DNA of 62,973 bases, filler included, from Reclinomonas americana ATCC 50394 (taxonomy: Eukaryota): NCBI GenBank assembly GCA_048213135.1. It is 3 parts of 3 records of this genome, joined end to end, with 100 filler letters (N's around TTAATTAATTAA, not from the genome) between each part and the next. Parts side by side here need not be neighbours in the genome. Positions count along the whole stretch, not along the records: positions 1 to 18,255 come from PS015468.1; positions 18,356 to 44,852 come from PS015469.1; 1 more part is not named here. One strand, written 5' to 3'. The notes below the pieces were generated by a model. It had not been told where the DNA came from. It saw only the letters and a program-made list of their open reading frames with translations, and ran no database searches. Below are positions 11,890 to 24,177 of this stretch, piece after piece. The position numbers were made by a program, and so were the translations under genes. How positions within the stretch are numbered: the stretch's first letter is position 1; each line of letters opens with the position of its first letter.

Positions 11890-13341
11890 ATGTTTCTGGC
11901 GCGGAGACTGCTCGGCAGATTACCTCACTCGTCCACCTCTCCTCTGCTCGCACCATGTGGCAGTGATCGGCCGGGAAGACATGTTGGTGCATCGTTCAGC
12001 AACTCCTCCACTATTATCATGACTGACGAGGATGATCGACCGCCGGCGAGGCATCACAAGGTACACACACACACACACACAGTGCTCTCAAGTACCTCCT
12101 GTGCAGCGAAGGAGAGAAAAAAAGAGACAGAGAAAAGCGGAGTTGAGAAGAGAACGTTAGAAAGTGAACAGTCCTCCCTCTCTCTCTCATCCCCATCCTC
12201 TCTCTCTCTCCTGNNNNNNNNNNNNNNNNNNNNTCTCAGGTGTGGGTTCCACCGTGCGCACTGCAACGTCACTCTGTGCTACGCACTGGCAGCGGCGCAG
12301 CAGCAGGAGCGCCGGCTCTGGGACCCGCCGGCAACAAGGCCGTCGAGCGCATCTTGCTGGTGCGACACGGCCTCTCTGTCGGCAACGTCGATCACTCTCT
12401 GTGGGACACACTGCCGGATCATGCGCTCCCGCTGCATGAGCGCGGGAAGCGCATGGCGGCGCGAGCGGGCGATGTGATTGCTGATTACTATCGCGAATTG
12501 GCCGGTACTCTCTCTCTCTTTCTCTTCGTGTACTCGTTCATCGCCCTGTTTCGCGTGATCTTCAACCCTCCTCATCACTAATGCAGCCACTGGTGGCGGA
12601 CCCACTGGCAAAGTCAAGCTGTGGAGCTCGTCGTATGAAAGGGCCCGCGATACCGGTCGCATCATCATGGATCGCGCCTCCAATGTGATTCACGAAATGT
12701 GTGATCATCCGCTTCTCGTGGTTGCGTTTCCTTCGCCGCCTCGCTCACACACCCTCTGTCGTTGACGTTTCTTTCCACTTGTATACGCGCCAGGAACAAG
12801 ACTTTGGTCTGTTTGAGGGACTGGGATTCTCGCGTGCTGCGAAAATGTTTCCGGTAATCTCTGTGTGGCTGCATCACGACGACGCAAGTGGCTACTGCTG
12901 ACTGAGGAGGGGCGCGCGTTATTTGTAGGTCGAGTGGGCGCGATATCAGAGGATCCGTCGCGCCGGCGGTGCCTTCTGGGCGCGTGTACCGATGGGAGAG
13001 AGTCGCTTCGATGTGGCCTGTCGCGTGCAGCTGGCGTTTGGCACCTTTCATCGCGAAGCCATCAGTCGTGGTGTCACCGACGTGGTGGTGGTGGCGCATG
13101 GTGTGTCGATTCGAGCCTTCCTCATGATGTGGTTCCATCACACTCCGGAGGTACGCGTGTGTGCGTGTTTGTGTGCATGTTTGTGCACCTGTTACGGCCG
13201 CAGGTGTATTCACGGTGCGCACAGTGGTTCGAGGCGGAGCCGAATCCGCCGAATGCGAGCGTCAGGTTACTGGAGCGCGACTACACGGGTCGGCCGGGCC
13301 TGGTGGACAAGGGCTATATATTCGGTGGTTATCCAAAGTAA
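11890..13341 (+). CDS. Histidine phosphatase / phosphoglycerate-mutase-like protein (Det1-like)
   Basis: ILLVRHG, SSYERARDT, EQDFG, FWARVPMGESRFDV and VVVVAHG motifs. Possible mitochondrial presequence MFLARRLLGRL; start uncertain. Confidence 0.88.
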
Positions 13342-13495
13342 CACGCACCGTGCGGTTAATTGTCGTGCTTTGTCTCTAACTTGGTCGATCATTTCACTCA
13401 CACTGACGCCAACAAAACACACGCGCGCCTACACACGCACACACCACAAAATTATACCACGAGAAGAAAGGGTGCCGCACGCACGTGCACTGCAC

Positions 13496-15995
13496 TCATG
13501 CGTGGAACGAGTGGTGCGCCTGGTGGAACGACCGCTTCATCTCCGTGTCCATGGAGTACATCGAGGTGTATCTCGGCTGTTGCGAGAACGACGTTTCGCT
13601 GGCGAGATGGGAGTGCGGCCGCAGTGCCGGCTGCTGCGGTGAGTGGAGGTGTTGTGACGGTGGTGGTCCGTACTGCTGCTGCATGTGCGGTGGCAACGCA
13701 GACGGTGGTGGTGGTCCATGCTGCTGCGATGCGTGGACGGTTGGCGGTGGTGGTGGTGGTGGTGGTGGCGGCGGCGGCAAACCCGACATGGGCGGGACAG
13801 GTGGTGGTGTGTGTGACTGCGATCGCTGATGGTGGGCGTGCTGCACGTAGCGCTGCTGGCTGTGATGGTAATGCTGGAGCTGCTGATGGTGACTGTGGCC
13901 GTACTGATTGTTGGGCTTGCCAGTCATTTCATACACCCGCTCCGTGCAACTGGTGCGTCTGCCACGTTGCTCAGCACGGTAAGGCACAGTTCATCCCCTT
14001 TTTTGTGTTGTGTGTGTTTCGTCGCAGCACTCACCTCTGGTACAGCTTGCAGGAGGGCGTCATGGTGCACGCAAAAATGCCAAGCTCCGGCTCCTCCACC
14101 ATAATGGCGAAGCGACTGTGTGGGCACCGAGTGCGCGGCTCCTTCTTCAGACGGAAGCACATGACCACCGTGGCCCATCCGCTCTGCACCTGGACGCCGA
14201 GGACAGTGCAATTCACCGCATGCAGCACTGCGATCGACAGAGGGAGAGTGGGAGGAGTGAGTGTCAGTGTCAACAGTGAGTGAGTGCTACCTCTTATTAC
14301 GGAATGCACGGCTGCAACACACCGTCGGACTCGATGGCACCCAGGTACGGATCGTTGACGTCGGAGCTGAATTCGGTCTCGGTGGCATCCTCTTGTGTGT
14401 CGACAATGTGGAGCGTGAACCGCATCGACGGAGTCATGTGCTGCACGTGCGAGCCGAGAAAGGTGGAGACGCGAACCATGTGGGTGTGAGCCGCCGACAG
14501 CTCACGTGGCATGTTGCCCCACACGCTCGAGCGCTTCGTCTGCTCGCGGGGGAGAGATGGGGAACGAGGTGAGTGACTGCCATATGTTGCCTGTATGTCG
14601 TTGGGGTGTTATCACACATGCACCTTGTATTCGACCTTGGTGTTGCCGTCGCGAGAGGTCGGCACCGTGGCCTTGACCACGAGCTGATTGTCCTTGTTGA
14701 GGCGGCGCATTTTCCTCGCCGACCCGTACGACGATGACGACGAAGGCGAGGAGCCAGGTGAGGTGGGCGACGGCACGTACGCGTCATCCTGGTCGCTCGG
14801 GCTGCTGCATGGCGACGCAGTGGAACGCGATGTGGTCGACGAGCACATTGACGAGAAGGAGAGTCGTCGCGGTGCTGGCGAGTTGGATGAGTGTTGCTGA
14901 AAGTGGAGGGAGCGGTGGTGCCGATGGTGCGGTGGCACTTCTCGACCGTTCAGCGACGAGGGACTGGACATGTGCGGCGACGACGGCAGCAGTGACTCGC
15001 CGCCGCCAAACGTGCGATGTCGCTGGTGCAGCGGCACTGGCGTGGGCAGTGTTGACAAATCGCCATACTCGGACTCTGGTGGCGTCAGCGGGCTGTGCGA
15101 GCCAGTGGCCGCATAGCTGGATGCCGTGGACGGCAGTGGCGGCACAATGAGTGACGCTGCATTTGGAGGCGGTGGTGGATGATGGTGGAACGTGTGTTGT
15201 TGTTGTCGTTGGTACTGATGTTGGTGGTACGGATGGGGATGGTATTGGTGCTGATACTGGTGATCGTACTGCGACTGATGGTGAAGATGCTGTGGCTGGA
15301 GGTGGCCATGTTTTGTGGTATCCATGGACTCGTCGCCCCCGTGTTGCTGCACGTGTGTCGTCGGTGCTGCCGATGATGATGATGGCGGTGGCTGCGGCGG
15401 CGCTGGCGGCTGTGGTGTTGACTGCTGTGTCGACGGAGGACCCGACAGGTCGAGAGAAAAGTGCTCGAATGCCAAGTGAGCCGGCTCCATGTACGACGTC
15501 GGGGCCAGCGACATGGCGGCGGCGGCGGCCACCAATGACGAGGTCGATGACGACGAAGCCAGCATGGGCGGGGTTGGCAGTGACCCGGGGAGGGCCGAGG
15601 AGCCGGCGGCGGCGGGTGTGGCCACCATCGACAGCGAAGACGATGAGGAGGGGCCGGCTCCGATCACGGGCGAAAAGAAGTCGTCGTCGCCGTCGAGCAG
15701 CAGTCCGCTGTCGGCCAGCATCACCGACAAGGACGAGAAGTGATCTGCATGTGGTGTGTGAGAGGGGGTGGGGATAGGGGTGTAGTGCAGGGGCGACTCA
15801 CCGCACGTGCTGTCCAGCATCGGTGTCGCGTCCAGCGGCGACATTTCCAGTGGCGAGCCGAGGCGCAAGCCTGCTGCGGCAAACTCGTCCTCGACCTGGT
15901 AGTGAAAGCGCTGCGTGGAGGCGATGGACGATGAGCAAGGTGCGAGAGACGAGGGGAGGGTGGTGGTGGTGGTGGTGGTGGTGGCTGACCTTCAT
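13496..15995 (-). CDS. Hypothetical protein, possible transcription regulator (low-complexity arms around a beta-rich globular domain)
   Basis: Long Ser/Pro/His/Gln-rich ORFs 14612-15868 and 13496-13987 flank globular exons at ~14030-14710, which begin with basic RKMRR. The 5' end needs a frameshift, so the start is approximate. Confidence 0.5.
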
Positions 15996-16780
15996 GTCGA
16001 TAATTAATTACAATACAGTCGAATGCGACCTGGTGGCCTTGGCGTGCGAGGTGAGATATTTAATTATGGATGGGCGGACTCTCCTATTCGCCGCTACTCT
16101 GTGCGACCACTGGCCCCCCACCGACAATATTCCGTCGAGTTAGCATTCGTGGTCCAACAGCCACTGTGGCAGTAGCGAATTGTCACCGGACAACGGGACG
16201 ATTCACTGTTCCTCGTGTGATCCGTGGACCGCTGGCCGGCCACTCCGCAGCTGCAGATCACAACGACCGCTGACTGCTGCAGCTTGTCTACACCGGCAGT
16301 AGATTTCCCGAAACAAAAGCTAAACACAAACATATATTTTTATGCAAATCTCCGACGCCTGGCAACGTCGCGAGTGAGAATTCCGCCGCGATTGCCGTAC
16401 CAAAGCGACAACAGCCGGTGCTGCAGTTCCCTGCGATGCTGAACAGGTGAACCGCACAGCCAGCATGTTTTTTCTTGTGAAAGCCGGTAGCCGTCGACCT
16501 TGCCACTCGCGCCTTTGTACGCGTGTCCGCTGCGCCACCACATCGCCGGTTTGTTCAAGCGCGGCGCGCCGTAAATTTGAACGTCGGCGAGGCCACTGGC
16601 CCGCACCCGCCCGCCCGCTGTCTGCTATTGGTTCGCGTGGCGTTACAGCTACTGGTCACCTCGAGTGTTCATTCGCACCACGACGAGTGCGAAACAGAAT
16701 TCGCCACTCAACCGCCAATGCCGATTGATTGGTCCTGCCAAGCATTTGTTCAAAACATTTGCTGTATGTGTGCGGAGACA

Positions 16781-17365
16781 ATGGGATCGCTCAGCTCCAC
16801 CGCCGTGACCACCTCGGCCTCGCACTCACATCACCGCAATCGCCGCCTACCACCGCCCACCTGGTCGCAGATCCACACACCGCGTCAGCAACACCAGCAG
16901 CAACTCGAGCACTTGCAAAAGAGCAAAAAGCCCACCAACAAGTCAACTCCGCCGCCGCCGTCCACTGCCTCCGCCTCCGCCACCACCGAGTCTGCATGCG
17001 ACTGCACCATGATCATCAGCTCACTGTTTGCGACGGGAGCAGATGATGCTGCGGCGACGAATCACAAGGTGAGATGCGCAGCGCGCAGTGTGTGAGGAAA
17101 AATCCGTCCCGAATGCTGACGACAGCTGCAGTCACCGCCTCCGCCCTGTGCGGATGAGGACGAGGAGACTGAGAAGAGACCACAGGCGACTCCGCGCATG
17201 CGACGTGTCAAGTTTGCGCTCGATTCCTCCTCCTCCTCTTCCTCGATCAGCGACTCTTCTTCCGCGACGCGGTTATCGCCGAACGATTGCGGTGACGAAG
17301 AGGAGGCGCTTCCGCAGCGCATCACCTCCAACATAATGGCGTTGTTGCAGAGGGCGACCATGTGA
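16781..17365 (+). CDS. Small two-exon disordered protein with MGxxxS N-terminus and RRVKF motif
   Basis: ATG at 16781; an AAG|GTGAGA...CTGCAG intron keeps frame to TGA at 17363-17365. Confidence 0.5.
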
Positions 17366-17921
17366 TTCAGAGGGAGGGAGGGAGAGGGAGGGAGAGGGGA
17401 GGGAGAGGAAGTGTGAGGGAGAGAGTTGTTGTTTNNNNNNNNNNNNNNNNNNNNNNNNNNNNNNNNNNNNNNNNNNNNNNNNNNNNNNNNNNNNNNNNNN
17501 NNNNNNNNNNNNNNNNNNNNNNNNNNNNNNNNNNNNNNNNNNNNNNNNNNNNNNNNNNNNNNNNNNNNNNNNNNNNNNNNNNNNNNNNNNNNNNNNNNNN
17601 NNNNNNNNNNNNNNNNNNNNNNNNNNNNNNNNNNNNNNNNNNNNNNNNNNNNNNNNNNNNNNNNNNNNNNNNNNNNNNNNNNNNNNNNNNNNNNNNNNNN
17701 NNNNNNNNNNNNCTCTCCCTCCCTCCCTCCCCATTGACTGTGTCCAGGATGATCTGGCTCGCGGCTTTGACGAGGCCACCTGCCCCAGCTGCTCACTGGT
17801 GATTCGCGTAATCTACGACAAGGAGGACTTTGCCACCACTGATGCGTCATCATCACCGTCGACGCCATCCGCGCCACCACTGATCAAGGTATAAATATAT
17901 ATAAAAGTAGAAGTAGATGTT

Positions 17922-18255
17922 TCATGAAAGCAGTCGCAGCTCGCGTCGCAGGTACACCTGCCGGCACACCGGGCACTTGTGCGAGTGCGTCTGGCCACCG
18001 GGGAGCACCTGTTGCAGGTCGCGAGCGAGCATTGTGTGGGGAGTGGCGGAGAAGCGTTCGAAGCCCGCGACGCACTTGGCGTGGAAGCAGTGGGAGCACG
18101 AGAGCAGCGAGCAGGTGGCCGGCGATGCGTCGTCCACCAGCATTGGTTGTAGGCAGATGGCGCAGGTGTCGGAGTCGGCTTCGCCGTCGTGCAGTCGCGC
18201 CAGTGCTGTGCGGCGGCAGCGTTGCCAGTCGGATTCAGCCCACACCAGCAGACGG
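17922..18255 (-). CDS. RING-H2 finger protein, C-terminal part
   Basis: CAIC..CSHCFHAKC..CPVCR gives the C3H2C3 pattern; truncated at the scaffold junction. Confidence 0.8.
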
Positions 18256-18299
18256 NNNNNNNNNNNNNNNNNNNNNNNNNNNNNNNNNNNNNNNNNNNN

Positions 18300-18311
18300 T
18301 TAATTAATTAA
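18300..18311. other. Artificial six-frame-stop spacer (scaffold concatenation linker)
   Basis: TTAATTAATTAA embedded in N runs. Confidence 0.92.
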
Positions 18312-19017
18312 NNNNNNNNNNNNNNNNNNNNNNNNNNNNNNNNNNNNNNNNNNNNTGTGTGTGTGCGAATAGGTGGACCTCGACTTGTTTGCGCCCATTG
18401 ATTCGTACGGCAAGCAAGAGGACGACGCCATTGAGGTGTTCGATCCATCGTACACGGCCATGCATCATCGCCGCACTCTCCACCCCGAGACGGTTTGTTC
18501 CTGTCGGTGTTGTATTTGACAGCAGAAAAATATGCACGTGCTGAGGGATTCATCGTGTTTAGAGGGCTCTCGGCGAAGCCGCGCGCCTATCCGACGCACG
18601 AGTGGATCACGCCGCGTTAGGCCGCCGCATAGTGCTGGCGCTTTTGCGCAAACTGCGGCACCCAGCGACAAGAAATCGCGCCGGCGAATGTCGTCACACG
18701 CTTCCTCCCTTCCTGGTCCGGCTACCGCAGCAGCGGCGGGAGTTGTTGCTGTGGCGCCGGACACCGAGTCTGTCGCATTGACTGGCGCCGCAGGTGCGGC
18801 AACGGCCGCGTTGGCAGCCGCTCTGCCGCGGTCGCCATCACCACCACCACCGCCGCCACCGCCGCCGCCAGCGTCTTCCGTTGCGACGCAGTCGCAATTG
18901 AGTTCCGTCNNNNNNNNNNNNNNNNNNNNNNNNNNNNNNNNNNNNNNNNNNNNNNNNNNNNNNNNNNNNNNNNNNNNNNNNNNNNNNNNNNNNNNNNNNN
19001 NNNNNNNNNNNNNNNNN

Positions 19018-22000
19018 TTAGGACCAAATAGGTGACGGCGACTCTCGAGGCGAGTTCGAAAACCAACGCAACGTCTTGCACAAACGGAAGCTTCAGCCGG
19101 TCCTGTCTCCACGAGGTGATAATGTTCATCTGGCACAGCTCCACGAGGCATCGTGTGACCTCGGCGGCCGAGTGGTGCCTCCCTTGCTGTCGCAGGCGTT
19201 CGTCGTTCGCCTCCATGTCCTCAATCCAATCCAACATGACATTCTTGTTCTTCTCCGAGCTGGCGCGCACACACGAAGACAATGAGCACGACGCACACAA
19301 ACTAGCACTATTTGTGTGCAATCTCTCTCTCTCTCTCATACACACCCCTCTGGCAACGTGGCCGTCACTTGGCGACTCGGACGCGTCACCAGAATCTTCT
19401 GCTGTTCGTCAAAGTGGTCGGCCGACCCCGCCACGCCGGTCAACAGGGAAATCAGCATCGGAAAACCGACCTGTGACCGAAAAGCGCTCTTCAACAGCAG
19501 CACAGCAGACACGAGCATGCTGTACACTCACCGACAAGTAGCCACGGAAAATGGCGCACACAGTAACCACCTCCTTTTGCAGCGGTGTAAGTGTCTCGAG
19601 CACCGAGCCAATCCAATCGGCTCGTGTCACGTCCACTTGCTTGAGGAAGTGGCGCCAGGCGGCAACGAAACCGAGCGATGGCGTCTGTTGCATGCGCGTG
19701 GAGATGCAGCTGAAATGTGGCCGGGTACAGCGTCAAAACACGAATGAGCGAGCGAGAGAGAGAGAGAGAGAAGCGAACGCACCCGACAAGCGTCTGCATG
19801 AATAGTGGGTGTCCGTTGCTGGCCACCACCATTTCGTTGATGACCTGTTGAATGGCTGCGTCTGATGGATTGAAGTGTGGACCGCAGGCCTTGACCATGG
19901 CCACCGTGAGGAATTCGGCAGACTGCAAGACGGTAAATAACACAACAGACATGAGATGGAAAAGTGACAAAGCATCACACCTGTTGAGTGGAGAGCGGTT
20001 TCAAGTGGATTCGATACGTGGCGGCCTTGCTCTCCGGCAGCATTCCATCATCGCCAAACGACGGCGATGCAATGACCAGCACAATCGGTGGGTACATGTC
20101 CGCAACTGATGCACAACAGATCAGCACCCCGATTTCGTGTCACGCATCTCTCTTCCTCGCGGACTCTCACCAGGACCCTCCAGCGGCAACAGCTGCTCAA
20201 TGCTCTGCGATGACGGCGCATTGTCTAGTACGAGAATGACTTGCTTCTCCGGCACGCTTACTCGCAGCAAGCGATGGCACTCGCGTCGCACCAACACCTC
20301 GTCGGCCATGCCGCCAAACCGACAGGCTGTTTCGTGGTCTATTTGCTGCAGAATCTGGTGCAGAGCGTGCGCATTCTGCGAGTTGCAAGACACCGATTTA
20401 GCGAATGTGTTGAGGGCGACAAGCACACACAAAAGCGACGCAACCGCAAGCCCTCTTCGCGAGTCCTGATTGCCACGCAGATCCACAAACACGGGCGACA
20501 CATCCAACTTGAGACGCTCGGCGATTCGCGGCACCAAGTGACGCGCCACCGATGTGCGACCCATGCCCGGTTCGCCAGTGATGTAGATGACGCACATGCG
20601 AGTACGATCGACTGCGAGACACACAGTGAGTTACTGCCGTATTGACAAGCGAGTGAACGACGCAACGTTTCTGTGTGCCCTCCAAGAACTGCAGTGCAGA
20701 TTCAAGCTGTTGCTCGCGGCCCACCATGGGAATCGGTTCGTAGGCAAATGAACTCGACAGATCGTGAGCGCCGTGCGCGTGCGATGACGCCTCCGTGGCT
20801 GGCGCACTCGATGCCGTGCTACTCGCTGCGTCACCGTCGACAGAGCTCACTGTCGAAGAGTGGCGCGCAGCACGTCGTCGCAACACCTCGTGTTGCTGCT
20901 GCTGCTGCAGTTTCAACCGCTGCCGCTGCTGCTGCTGCTGCTCTCCCCTTTGCCGCTTGCGCGGTGGCGCGCCGGCATCATCCTCCCGTTCCGTGTCGCC
21001 TCCTCGTTCGCTCACATCCTCCTCGTCGGCCTCCTCCTCTTCCTCCTCCACCTCATCTTCGTCCTCGTCTGCCTCTTCCTCGAACGCGCCGCCGGCAGGC
21101 GCCTCCATTTCCTCATCCTCCCCCTCTCCTCCTTGTTCGTCAGTCACGATCATCTTTGCGTCTTGTGTACCGCCGCCGCTGGTGCCGCGGACGTGTACAG
21201 GTCGCAGGGCACCTACAACGGCGGGCGCCAGCGACATGGGCTCCTCCTTCACACGCGACAGGCCAGCTGCACTGACGACCACGGTGGAGACGGGCGCTTG
21301 TGAGGACCGCGCGCCAGAAAGCTGACGCTTGCGCCCTGCTGGCAACACGATTGGCTGCTGCTGCTGCTGTTGCTGTTGCACCACAGATACGCTGACGGCA
21401 GCTTGTGGTGGCGGAGGCGCTCGCCGAGTCCACGTTGCTCCCACTGGTGGATTGCCGCCACTGACAATGGCCATGGGCACGCCCATGGGGACCGCCGCAG
21501 GTGCTGCCATACTGCCAACACCTGTGCCGGCAACAGCGCCAGCATCCACTGCCATCCACAGACCGGGCGTGGAAATCGACTGCAGCGGCTTTGGAACGTG
21601 CCCCTGGGTCGCCAGCGACGCCAACTCCTGCAGCGTTTGCATCGACACGCGATTCGTCGCCGCCATTGGCTGCTGTCGCATCTCGTGATCGCCCCTGCCG
21701 TCGCCACCAGAGCCAGCACCACCAGTACCACCATCGTCGTCCTCGTCGTCCTCGTCTTCCCCGTCGCGCATGGACGCGGCAAGCGCCGCCAGATCCTCGT
21801 TGCTGCGCGAATGCAGCTGCCGCAGTCCACTGAACGCACCACCTGCATCACCGCTACCACTGCCGCTGCCACCAGAACGGCGCCGTGTCAACAACGAGGT
21901 ACTAGAGGAGGAGGAGGAGGCGGCCGGCAGCAGGGTTGCTTTGGGAGTGGAGCCGACAGACGATGACGTGGACCACGTGCGAGCTAGTGTCTCTGGTGTG

Positions 22001-23620
22001 TGGTCAGTGCTGTCACCGCCACCGTCGTCCACCGCGTACTCATCATCATCAATGTCGTCGTCAATGTCCTCCTCGCCATCGTCGTCGTCGCTGTCCGCTG
22101 TGACGCACAGATGAGTGACGGAGGCCACAGCTTGCTGGGACGCCGCCATCCTTGGCTCACTCACCATGCCGCTTCCGCCGGCCGCCTCTGGATCCCGCCC
22201 GCCCACCGCCGCGCGCAACGCGTGGTGTCACAGGGGCGGCGGAGGTGCCTGCGATAAGCCAGTCAGAACGTGTGTGCAACACGACGGAGAATCAACAACT
22301 CACCTGCCGAGTCGGACGTCTTCTTCCGCCGTTCGGGATTCATGGGATACACGATGCACACCATGTGTGTCATCTCGCGACGAAAGTAAAACTCACGACG
22401 CAGACCCGCCGTGCGGTCGCTGTCGACACGAGCTGGCGAGGGAGACGGTGAACATCCATCCAAGAAGGGAAAAAACGAACAATTCGCTCCAATGACCCCC
22501 CTCCCTCACCTCGGTGCAAGAACAAGCGAATAAAGGCGTTTGGAGGGCAGTCGTCGGCTCGCCGCAGCTGCTTCCACGTGGACCTGCCCTTGGGCTCCTT
22601 GGATTCCGGCAGCTCGATGATCGGGGTCGGTTTGGACGATATTGCACGATTCATCGTCACCAGATACATGCCCGACTCTGCCCAGCAAGCAAAAGAGAGA
22701 GAGAGAGAGAGCATGAACACGAGCGACCACAACACATGGGTGCGAGGAAGATGGAAGACCTCCATTCGGCACGAGTTCCGACAGACCGCCCTCGCGAATG
22801 TAGTAGTCCAGATTGGCAAACACACGATCCACTGTGCGAGATAGAGAGAGAGAGAGAAAGAGTGAGCACATGCTTGTCTCATATGTGCATGTGCGCCAAC
22901 ACTCGCCTTCCTCGTAGATGTGATCCGAGTTATCACGCGTCTCCGCCTCAATGCGTCGCAACACAAAGGGAAAGTCCGCGGGAAACGCTGCACAACAACA
23001 ACNNNNNNNNNNNNNNNNNNNNNNNNNNNNNNNNNNNNNNNNNNNNNNNNNNNNNNNNNNNNNNNNNNNNNNNNNNNNNNNNNNNNNNNNNNNNNNNNNN
23101 NNNNNNNNNNNNNNNNNNNNNNNNNNNNNNNNNNNNNNNNNNNNNNNNNNNNNNNNNNNNNNNNNNNNNNNNNNNNNNNNNNNNNNNNNNNNNNNNNNNN
23201 NNNNNNNNNNNNNNNNNNNNNNNNNNNNNNNNNNNNNNNNNNNNNNNNNNNNNNNNNNNNNNNNNNNNNNNNNNNNNNNNNNNNNNNNNNNNNNNNNNNN
23301 NNNNNNNNNNNNNNNNNNNNNNNNNNNNNNGCATTGTCCAGCGCATTGTCCACTGATACACCGGAGATCCGTCGTCGCGCGTCCACCTTGCAAGCATCTG
23401 TTGTGCGTCGATGCCGCGTGGAGGCAAAGCGGGTGGCCGCGGCGGAGGAGGTGCGAGCGGGCGAGGACGAGGTGTCTCCTCGACAACAACAGCCACTGCA
23501 GCAGCTTCTGCGGCGGCTGCGGATGATGCACTGGGTGGAGGTGGAGGTGGAGGTGCAGCGGCGGACAAGTATGTGTGCAACTTGCCACGAGGTGCGTGTG
23601 GGGGGCGCTTGACGTGACAT
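19018..23620 (-). CDS. STAND-class (NB-ARC-like) P-loop NTPase with unknown N-terminal domain and long acidic linker; 3' end in gap
   Basis: MVGREQQL, Walker A-like YITGEPGMGRT, VFVDLRG, Walker B ILVLDNA and GxP motif (SNGHPLF). Linking the exons upstream of 22300, across the gap, is inferred. Confidence 0.65.
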
Positions 23621-24177
23621 CTCCGACCTCGACACAGAGAAGAGACACAGCAGTGATGTGTGTGTCTTTTGCGTCCTTGGTGATCGTAGCTTATGGTTGT
23701 TGCTGTTGTTNNNNNNNNNNNNNNNNNNNNNNNNNNNNNNNNNNNNNNNNNNNNNNNNNNNNNNNNNNNNNNNNNNNNNNNNNNNNNNNNNNNNNNNNNN
23801 NNNNNNNNNNNNNNNNNNNNNNNNNNNNNNNNNNNNNNNNNNNNNNNNNNNNNNNNNNNNNNNNNNNNNNNNNNNNNNNACGTGACGCATACCGGATTGT
23901 ACCGAAGCGTTTTCTTTGATTGGCGACTCTCGCAAGCGGTGAGTGTTTGCGTGCTCTGTTGTGTTAGCGCCTTTGCTGTGCTCTGTGTGTATACGAGCAG
24001 CCAGCATGATGTGTGGAGCTCTCTGTCTTCAGTCACTCTCATTTCTCCTCCCTCCGAGCTCTCTCTCTCACTTCTCTCTCCTCTGCTCCGCGCTTCCTGG
24101 GCACACTCGTCTGTCTTTGATTGCTTGGCCTCTCATTGATCGCCCTTCCCTCTCACAGCATCGGCGACCACTCAATC

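Noticed and set aside
18300..18311. TTAATTAATTAA palindrome (also at 44897-44908)
   Set aside because: Artificial all-frame stop linker inside N runs; synteny across it is meaningless.
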